From: a virus | Lineage: Duplodnaviria; Caudoviricetes | Virus record (IMG/VR): IMGVR_UViG_3300037755_000517 | Coordinates: 1 to 42,831 of that record | Reading direction: 5' to 3' (one strand) | Length of the DNA: 42,831 nucleotides | In this document: in pieces, positions 8,699 through 14,527 of the stretch | How positions within the stretch are numbered: the stretch's first letter is position 1 | Layout of the letters: each line of letters starts with the position of its first letter | Position numbers and translations under genes: made by a program | The notes under the pieces: model-generated | Told to the model about the DNA's origin: nothing | Databases searched by the model: none | The model's input: the letters and a program-made list of their open reading frames with translations, nothing else

Positions 8699-9174
8699 CG
8701 TTCGAAGAGTGGTCGGCGCGGTATCCGGAAGCGGCGGCGGAGCTCGGCGGCGTGCTGTCCGGTTTACCGTGGCCGAATTCAGCCGAGCACACGTCGGAAG
8801 CGGCCGCGCAGCAGTCTGTCCGTTTGCAACTGGCACATGCCGGCGCGATGGGCTGGCGAAATAATGTCGGGGCGACCCCGTCAAAATGCCCGGACTGCGG
8901 CGCCCCCCGTGCGCCGATACGGTTCGGGCTGGCCAACGATTCGGCTAAACTGAATGAGCGGGTCAAGTCGTCCGATATTATCGCCGCAATACCGCGAATA
9001 ATTACCGCCGATCAGGTCGGCAAACGTATCGCACAGTTCGGGAGTATTGAAGTTAAGCCGCCGGGCTGGACGTATACCGGGAAAGGCCGGGAGGCCGGGC
9101 AGGCTGCCTGGCTCGCTCTTATCACCCGCCTCGGCGGTTACGCTTGTTTTAGTGCTGGAGACATAAACTTATGA
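8695..9174 (+). CDS. VRR-NUC nuclease (Holliday-junction resolvase-like)
   Basis: SEAAAQ, WRNNVGA, RFGLANDS, KSSDII, SIEVK, REAGQAAWL; contains a CPDC insert. Confidence 0.85.
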   Translation: MTFEEWSARYPEAAAELGGVLSGLPWPNSAEHTSEAAAQQSVRLQLAHAGAMGWRNNVGATPSKCPDCGAPRAPIRFGLANDSAKLNERVKSSDIIAAIPRIITADQVGKRIAQFGSIEVKPPGWTYTGKGREAGQAAWLALITRLGGYACFSAGDINL

Positions 9175-9476
9175 AACAAAATCGAATGAACGCCACCGTG
9201 CGAAGACAAGATATTCTCGCCGCCGGACTGCACGTCGCCGAACGGGACGGTTTCGCCAACGTGACCCGAAATAACATCGCCGCCCATGCAAAAGTGAGCG
9301 GGCCGACTGTGCAATACCATTTCGGTACGATTAAGCAACTGCGCCGCGAGTTAATGCGCTACGCCGTCCACCATAAGAATTTACGCGTCATCGCGCAAGG
9401 GATCGCCGCCGGTGATGCACAAGCCCTGAAAGCACCCCCCGAACTGCGCGAAGCCGCGCTTAATTCAATGAGGTAA
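9171..9476 (+). CDS. TetR-like HTH transcriptional regulator
   Basis: RRQDILAAGLHVAERDGFANVTRNNIAAHAKVSGPTVQYHFGT. Confidence 0.8.
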   Translation: MKQNRMNATVRRQDILAAGLHVAERDGFANVTRNNIAAHAKVSGPTVQYHFGTIKQLRRELMRYAVHHKNLRVIAQGIAAGDAQALKAPPELREAALNSMR

Positions 9477-9481
9477 TCGAC

Positions 9482-9707
9482 ATGATGATAGGTTTAACCA
9501 GCGAAGCCCGGTGCGGCAAAAATACGGTAGCCGACTACTTGAGCGAAGAGTACAACACGGCAACGTTTGGCATATCCAGCGCGACCAGGTGGAGGGTGCC
9601 GTACGCCGCACGAATCCGAAGACGGCATACAGACGCACACAGGCGACTGGGTGGTGCCCAACAAGGGCACGATTGAGGCTTTGCGCCAGGCGGTCGCCGG
9701 CAATTAA
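9482..9707 (+). pseudogene. Deoxynucleoside-monophosphate kinase pseudogene (large internal deletion plus frameshifts)
   Basis: P-loop start MMIGLTSEARCGKNTVADYL joins at ~9555 to C-terminal motifs in other frames (HGNVWHIQRD; PHESEDGI...VVPNKGTIEALRQAV). Confidence 0.75.
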
Positions 9708-9759
9708 AGTGGAAAAAAGACCCTAAATAGCTTGCGTTTCCGGTAACGTATGCTATACT
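9695..9759 (+). promoter_or_regulatory. Repeated promoter/operator element, copy 1
   Basis: 9695-9756 matches 11453-11514 with one mismatch in 62 bp. TTGCGT-16-(TGc)TATACT; near-palindrome CGTTtCCGGTAACG spans the -35 and spacer. Confidence 0.85.
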
Positions 9760-9805
9760 GTGCGTAATAGTTAAGCAATCTAACCAAAGATAGGAGACGA
9801 AAAAC

Positions 9806-10606
9806 ATGAACCAACAGACGTGGATTGAAGACAATAACGGCAATAAGTGCAGCGTGGAATTTTTCGGCAGCGAAGAAGCCGCGCAGGCAGCATTAGACAG
9901 TCTTAAAAATTGCAAAAATTGCACGAACTGCTCCGACTGCTCCGACTGCTCCCGCTGCTCCGACTGCTCCGACTGCTCCCGCTGCTCCGACTGCTCCGAC
10001 TGCTCCGGCTGCTCCCGCTGCTCCGGCTGCTCCCGCTGCTCCGACTGCTCCGACTGCTCCGACTGCTCCGACTGCTCCCGCTGCTCCGGCTGCTCCGACT
10101 GCTCCGACTGCTCCCGCTGCTCCCGCTGCTCCGACTGCTCCCGCTGCTCCGACTGCTCCGGCTGCTCCCGCTGCTCCCGCTGCTCCGACTGCTCCGACTG
10201 CTCCGACTGCTCCCGCTGCTCCGACTGCTCGAATCTTTATTTTGCAAACGAAAAGGAGGATATTCGCGCCGACAGTCAGCCGGAGACACCACTCGGGGCG
10301 CCACCAATACCAAAGATAGAAAATATTCACCAGAGAGTGTATGAGGCCGTTCGGCAACCAAAAGCCCTAAATATGGCAGATTGGCATACGTGTGATACAA
10401 CTCACTGTCGCGGCGGCTGGGTCGTAGAGTTGGCCGGCGAGCAGGGTAGAGCCTTGGAAACCTTCCACAATACCGCGCTGGCGGCGTACCTGATCTACAA
10501 AGAAAGCTCCGAGCTGCCGGTTTTGTTTTCTGGGTTTTACGAAAACAACGAAAGCGCCATGGCCGATATGGAGCGTATGGCCGAGATGGAAGCGCAGTTA
10601 AACTGA
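9806..10606 (+). CDS. Cys-Ser-(Asp/Arg/Gly) tripeptide-repeat protein with conserved C-terminal domain
   Basis: AGGAG RBS; 34 CSx units plus CKN and CTN; C-terminal MADWHTCDTTHCRGGW domain of the kind fused to repeat proteins in phages. Confidence 0.85.
   Translation: MNQQTWIEDNNGNKCSVEFFGSEEAAQAALDSLKNCKNCTNCSDCSDCSRCSDCSDCSRCSDCSDCSGCSRCSGCSRCSDCSDCSDCSDCSRCSGCSDCSDCSRCSRCSDCSRCSDCSGCSRCSRCSDCSDCSDCSRCSDCSNLYFANEKEDIRADSQPETPLGAPPIPKIENIHQRVYEAVRQPKALNMADWHTCDTTHCRGGWVVELAGEQGRALETFHNTALAAYLIYKESSELPVLFSGFYENNESAMADMERMAEMEAQLN
9929..10234 (+). repeat. 9-bp tandem coding minisatellite (TGCTCC-GAC/CGC/GGC), 34 units
   Basis: Directly visible; three unit types in irregular order, last unit TGCTCGAAT. 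Confidence 0.97.
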
Positions 10607-10641
10607 TAAAACTAGGCGGACGGCCGGTAGATTCCAGACTC

Positions 10642-11016
10642 ATGGTAGCGAAACGCCGGCCTTTGCCTGCGTGGCTGTCGCCCGATCGTGATTTGTCCAA
10701 CGCGTCCTACGCGCTGAAATGTTCGTACGCGTACCACACGAAGATATATTGGGCGACGCCACCCTGGCTCAACGCGGAGCAGTTAGCCGCCATGGCCGAA
10801 ATATACGAAAAAGCCAGGCGCGGCCAGCACGTGGACCACATCGTGCCGTTGAAACATCCCCGCGTTTGCGGCTTGAACGTTCCGTGGAATCTGGAAATCG
10901 TCCCGGCCGAAGTGAATCTGGCCAAGTCGAACCATACCTGGCCGGGGGATGCAAACGCCACGCTGGAGCTGTTCCCCTTCGAGCTGGAACCGTATCAATA
11001 TGCTTTACCGGTGTAG
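10642..11016 (+). CDS. HNH endonuclease
   Basis: ATPPWL...HVDHIVPL...VCGLNVPWNL...NLAKSN. Confidence 0.85.
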   Translation: MVAKRRPLPAWLSPDRDLSNASYALKCSYAYHTKIYWATPPWLNAEQLAAMAEIYEKARRGQHVDHIVPLKHPRVCGLNVPWNLEIVPAEVNLAKSNHTWPGDANATLELFPFELEPYQYALPV

Positions 11017-11299
11017 TCACATGGGCCGCGGGGTTAAAAAGCCCTGCGGCGCCCGTAGAGCGTTACGCAAGCCGATCGAGCAATACGCCAGGCGGCCCCG
11101 GTGCCCGGCCTGTAAGCGGGATTCTCTCTGGCTGGATTCGTACCAGACTAAGCGCAATCGCCGCCTGACGTGCCGGTGCCCGGGTGTACCCTGGCCGCAC
11201 AACCGGGGCACTTTGATCGGCTGCGAGCATTACAGCCGACCGGTGACTGAGGAAGATTATCGAGATTATATAGACCAACTAAAAAGGGGCATGAAATGA
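11000..11299 (+). CDS. Cys/His-rich Zn-binding hypothetical protein
   Basis: MLYRC...CGARR...CPAC...CRCPGVPWPH...C; start uncertain (11000 or 11021). Confidence 0.65.
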   Translation: MLYRCSHMGRGVKKPCGARRALRKPIEQYARRPRCPACKRDSLWLDSYQTKRNRRLTCRCPGVPWPHNRGTLIGCEHYSRPVTEEDYRDYIDQLKRGMK

Positions 11300-11484
11300 C
11301 CAAAACCAGCACGTCAAGAGTTGCAAAACTGCGAAGCAAAGCCGCAAAACAGGGGCTGACGCGTCGCGAATACTACGCCACGGCCGAGGAGCACGATAAC
11401 CTGAAAGCCTGGCTAAAAGCCCAGCGCACCGGCGACCGGGTGGTCGTGTTGCCGCCGGCAATTAAAGTGGAAAAAAGACCCTAA
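11296..11484 (+). CDS. Small basic DNA-binding protein (ribbon-helix-helix-like)
   Basis: SRVAKLRSKAAKQGLTRREYYAT...LKAWL pattern; its 3' end forms part of the repeated promoter element. Confidence 0.6.
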   Translation: MTKTSTSRVAKLRSKAAKQGLTRREYYATAEEHDNLKAWLKAQRTGDRVVVLPPAIKVEKRP

Positions 11485-11517
11485 ATAGCTGGCGTTTCCG
11501 GTAACGTATGCTATTAT
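11453..11517 (+). promoter_or_regulatory. Repeated promoter/operator element, copy 2
   Basis: Same 62 bp as copy 1; -35 TGGCGT, extended -10 TGcTATTAT; followed by an AAGGAG RBS. Confidence 0.8.
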
Positions 11518-11543
11518 TTAACCATAGCAACAAGGAGCCGAAA

Positions 11544-11825
11544 ATGAAAAACAGCAAAACCTACAGCCAAGAAGTCCGCGCCACCATCGACCAGATAAAC
11601 GCCGCCGAACAGCAGGATGTTTCGGATGATGAAAACCCGGCCTACCTCTTTTCTACCGCCAGTTCTGCCCTGTTGGCCGCCATCGTAGCCGGAAAGCTCG
11701 ACCCTGTCGCCTTGGCCCGGATTCAATTGGCCAACCGTGGCCAAGTCCCCGCCCCCGGCGGCGGTGTTATCTCCACCACGTTCTCCCGCGCTGAAAGCGC
11801 ACTTTTGGAGGGGGGTAAGCCATAG
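11544..11825 (+). CDS. Hypothetical protein
   Basis: ATG after AAGGAG, first gene behind promoter copy 2; DENPAYLF...LLAAIVAGKLDPVALARIQLANRG. Confidence 0.75.
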   Translation: MKNSKTYSQEVRATIDQINAAEQQDVSDDENPAYLFSTASSALLAAIVAGKLDPVALARIQLANRGQVPAPGGGVISTTFSRAESALLEGGKP

Positions 11826-11995
11826 AACGCCGCATCAAAACCCGCAGCACCGATAACGATAGCCTGCTGACGCGTATCATTATCATAGAAAAGCGGATGC
11901 AGAACGAAAACGACAAAAACAAACTCGCGGAAATGGAACGCGCACGGGCCGGGATGGTCGCTGCGTACCGCATCCGCCTTACCGCAGGAACATAG
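11822..11995 (+). CDS. 57-codon ORF with ATA at the start position (non-canonical start or lost ATG)
   Basis: GGAGG RBS, then ATAG overlapping the upstream stop; the open frame IERRIKTRSTDNDSLL...AGT* fills the intergenic gap. Confidence 0.4.
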   Translation: MERRIKTRSTDNDSLLTRIIIIEKRMQNENDKNKLAEMERARAGMVAAYRIRLTAGT

Positions 11996-11998
11996 ACG

Positions 11999-12472
11999 AT
12001 GAAAAGCATTATTTGGATGGCAGTTTTATTGTGCTGTTTTGACGACGCCAGTGCCGAGACGCGCCTCGTTGTGAATCTGGCCTCGTTCCACGTACACACC
12101 CCCGACTTTGATCTGGAAGACGAGGGCATTACTGAATATAACCAAAGCAACTACGGCGTGGGGTTCGAATACCACGCCGAGGACTCGGGCCTGTATTACG
12201 GCGCCGGTTTTTATGAAAATAGTTTCTTTGAAACGTCCCGGTATATAACCATCGGCGTTAAAGCCTCAAGCACCAGCAACATGTACGTGTCGGCGGAACT
12301 ATCGGCGGCCGACGGCTACCGACTTTCTTCCAAGGCGCACGGCGATTATCTGGTCGATGGTGGCTTGGCTTTGAACACTAAATTCGGGGACGACGGCCAG
12401 CACGCAACAAAAATGCTGTTTATGGTCGGCGGCATTTTCGGCCTTCAATATAGCTACCGTTTCGGAGAATAG
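11999..12472 (+). CDS. Outer-membrane beta-barrel protein, PagP-like
   Basis: Signal peptide, SFH...YNQSNYGVGFEY...GFYENSF..TSRY...GY, amphipathic strands and an aromatic C-terminal strand (LQYSYRF). Confidence 0.6.
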   Translation: MKSIIWMAVLLCCFDDASAETRLVVNLASFHVHTPDFDLEDEGITEYNQSNYGVGFEYHAEDSGLYYGAGFYENSFFETSRYITIGVKASSTSNMYVSAELSAADGYRLSSKAHGDYLVDGGLALNTKFGDDGQHATKMLFMVGGIFGLQYSYRFGE

Positions 12473-12474
12473 AC

Positions 12475-12666
12475 ATGACGACGGCAGCTCTTAAGAAATA
12501 CAGCCACATAACCAAAGGCCGCTACATTCGGGAAATAAAATTGACCCAGCACGAAGAGTGCGCGGTACTCATGGCTTACGACTACGGCGTCGACATGCTG
12601 GGGCCGGAGGACCGAGGCGCGCTGGACAGCCTTATATTTAAACTGAAGACGGAGATATGGCCATGA
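12475..12666 (+). CDS. Hypothetical protein
   Basis: GGAG RBS; tightly packed in the operon. Confidence 0.65.
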   Translation: MTTAALKKYSHITKGRYIREIKLTQHEECAVLMAYDYGVDMLGPEDRGALDSLIFKLKTEIWP

Positions 12667-12815
12667 AAATCAGCTTTAAAAACTGGCAAGTATTGCACCA
12701 TCCGGACACCGGCATGTGGAGGCGCGTTCGGTGGTTCGGTCGCTGGACGCCGTTTGTTCTCCCTTTGAAAAGTCAAACCGCCTCGGAGCTGGTGGACGTA
12801 TACCGTACCGCTTAA
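12663..12815 (+). CDS. Hypothetical 50-aa protein
   Basis: GGAG RBS and ATGA coupling; MKISFKNWQVLHHPDTGMWRRVRWFGRW...; its stop abuts the convergent gene's stop. Confidence 0.55.
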   Translation: MKISFKNWQVLHHPDTGMWRRVRWFGRWTPFVLPLKSQTASELVDVYRTA

Positions 12816-13015
12816 TGCATACGCGCCCGGGCGCATTCTCGCTGGGCGGCTTCGACGGTGGTTTTAAGCCGGGGCACGTCATCCGTTTCGACTTTCAGCG
12901 TAAGAGTGTTGGCAGTTAGCCCCGGGTGTTTTTTATACGAGAAGCTGGCGCCGTCCAGATGCTTTTTAAAAATTTTCAATTTCCAGGCGTCTAGCATAAT
13001 GGCGACTTTTTTCAT
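12812..13015 (-). CDS. Hypothetical protein
   Basis: GAGGT RBS; ATGA coupling to the methyltransferase. Confidence 0.7.
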   Translation of the reverse strand: MKKVAIMLDAWKLKIFKKHLDGASFSYKKHPGLTANTLTLKVETDDVPRLKTTVEAAQRECARARMH

Positions 13016-13989
13016 GCTGTTACCTCTTTGTACGCTTTGATGAATTCCGCCGCTTGAGGCGCAACGATAGCATCGCCATAACCGCGCAGTCGCACCACTC
13101 GCTCGGGAGACCCATGAGCCAGCGGGAATGTGCCGGATTCAACTGGCCGGCACTTACCGTCTCGGCAGTAGAGCCAGTCGCAGTCGCCCCAGAAGCCGCG
13201 AGCCGTACTTGATTCTGTAGGTTCACTGCGTGGCCCCCTGTTTTGCGCTTCTCCGGGTCTTGCCCCTTCCCTCGCAGGCTGTTCGGGCCGCACGCAGTCG
13301 GTGTCACCCAGCTCGCCGTGGTGGCGGCGGTTTGTAGATTCAACCCTCCCTCGCGCCCTTGTGTCCCGGCCCCCGTGTGGCTGTTCTTCATGGGGCTTGG
13401 CCACGCTGAAAGCCGCGCGACCTCTGAACGAGGTCGCGCGTTCTTCCCGTGTTGGTTGCTGGCCGACGACTTCCAATCGCGGGTTGCTGCCGTCGGCCAC
13501 GAAGTACGTTCGCATTCGGGCGTGCGGTGCGCCGAAGCCGCCAGCCGCGGCACTAATCGTCCCGACGGTAAAGGCGTCGTTTTCCAGGTCAGTACAAACA
13601 AGATCGAGCCAAGCTTTTGCGATACCGTTTGCAACCTGTTCGCCAAAGATAACGTGAGGGCGGCACTGCTGGATGAGCCAATACCAGGCGGGCCAAAGGT
13701 GCCGCTTGTCATCAAACCCTTCTCCTTTGCCTGCGAGGCTGAAAGATTGGCACGGGCACGAGCCGGTCCAGACGGGGCGATCGTCGGGCCAACCGGCGAG
13801 CCGCAAGGCATACGACCAGACACCAATGCCGGCGAAGAAGTGACACTGGATAAATCCGTCGAGGTCTGACGGCAGGACATCTTGTATTGATCGTTCATCT
13901 ACTACACCTTTTGCGATGTGGCCGGCCGCGATAAGAATACGCAGCCACTCGGCTTTTTTCGGGTCTATTTCGTTATAGTATGCTGTCAT
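13012..13989 (-). CDS. C5-cytosine DNA methyltransferase, M.EcoHK31I/M.EaeI-type alpha polypeptide
   Basis: MTAYYNEID start coupled to DUF1643; FFAGIG (I), GSCPCQSFS (IV), GEQV (VI), APHARMRTY (VIII), RLRGYGDAIV (X); no motif IX in this frame. Confidence 0.88.
   Translation of the reverse strand: MTAYYNEIDPKKAEWLRILIAAGHIAKGVVDERSIQDVLPSDLDGFIQCHFFAGIGVWSYALRLAGWPDDRPVWTGSCPCQSFSLAGKGEGFDDKRHLWPAWYWLIQQCRPHVIFGEQVANGIAKAWLDLVCTDLENDAFTVGTISAAAGGFGAPHARMRTYFVADGSNPRLEVVGQQPTREERATSFRGRAAFSVAKPHEEQPHGGRDTRARGRVESTNRRHHGELGDTDCVRPEQPAREGARPGEAQNRGPRSEPTESSTARGFWGDCDWLYCRDGKCRPVESGTFPLAHGSPERVVRLRGYGDAIVAPQAAEFIKAYKEVTA
13020..13712 (-). CDS. Nested alternative-frame methyltransferase beta polypeptide (carries motif IX)
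   Basis: Long open frame inside the alpha gene; AAGGAG 9 nt before ATG 13712; WPT/WPS/WVT repeats and GQLNPAHSRWLMGLPSEW (motif IX-like). Confidence 0.75.
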   Translation of the reverse strand: MTSGTFGPPGIGSSSSAALTLSLANRLQTVSQKLGSILFVLTWKTTPLPSGRLVPRLAASAHRTPECERTSWPTAATRDWKSSASNQHGKNARPRSEVARLSAWPSPMKNSHTGAGTQGREGGLNLQTAATTASWVTPTACGPNSLRGKGQDPEKRKTGGHAVNLQNQVRLAASGATATGSTAETVSAGQLNPAHSRWLMGLPSEWCDCAVMAMLSLRLKRRNSSKRTKR

Positions 13990-14363
13990 TGTTTGGCGCC
14001 CGCGTATTGGCCCATGTGACCGCCGTCGGTGCCCCAGCCACAAATTAAAACGCCGCCGGTATGGCGTAGCGCAAGGCACGCCAAATCCACGTAGTGCTTG
14101 TTGTCTTCGCCGACGGGATCGCGCGCCGCCAGCATGTCTTTTCGTTTTGTCGCACGGTATGCAAACAGATTAACCACAAAGAGCTTGCCGCAATTAAATC
14201 GCCGGGCAAAACCAACACAACGCCGGATAGTCGGGTCGTCCTCTTCGGCGTTTGCCGTCGAGGGATTCAGCATAATGAATACGCAAACCCGGTGATTTGA
14301 TCCGACGTTCCGGGTAAGCCAATACCGATACCTTCCGTCGACAGAAATTATGGCGCTGCTCAT
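13986..14363 (-). CDS. DUF1643-family protein, apparently C-terminally truncated
   Basis: GRYRYWL.R, FIMLNPSTA...DDPTIRRC, VVNLFAYRAT, ICGWG; lacks the usual terminal HPRHPLY-type motif. Confidence 0.8.
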   Translation of the reverse strand: MSSAIISVDGRYRYWLTRNVGSNHRVCVFIMLNPSTANAEEDDPTIRRCVGFARRFNCGKLFVVNLFAYRATKRKDMLAARDPVGEDNKHYVDLACLALRHTGGVLICGWGTDGGHMGQYAGAKQ

Positions 14364-14527
14364 TTATCCAAAGCCTCGGCAATGGATATGAACCCTGCAA
14401 CAACAACAAGAAGTCCCGCCGCAAATAAAAATCGATCGGCCGCAGCCGCCATAATGGCCGCCCCCGAAAGCAGCCCAGCGTAAAATATGAGGGCTTTGGC
14501 AGCGCCTCTTTTCGACTGTTTGCTCAT
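14360..14527 (-). CDS. Small membrane protein with two hydrophobic segments
   Basis: MSKQSKRGAAKALIFYAGLLSGAAIMAAAADRFLFAAGLLVVAGFISIAEALDK; ATGA overlaps at both ends. Confidence 0.6.
   Translation of the reverse strand: MSKQSKRGAAKALIFYAGLLSGAAIMAAAADRFLFAAGLLVVVAGFISIAEALDK

Noticed and set aside
9893-10700. Alternative-frame ORFs over the 9-bp repeat (LLRLLP, GAVGAA, SSRSSG)
   Set aside because: They are open only because the repeat lacks stops. Only the Cys frame has a promoter, RBS and plausible flanking domains.
9695-11514. 62-bp repeats as CRISPR repeats or attL/attR sites
   Set aside because: Only two copies 1.76 kb apart, they contain a promoter, and no recombinase is encoded.
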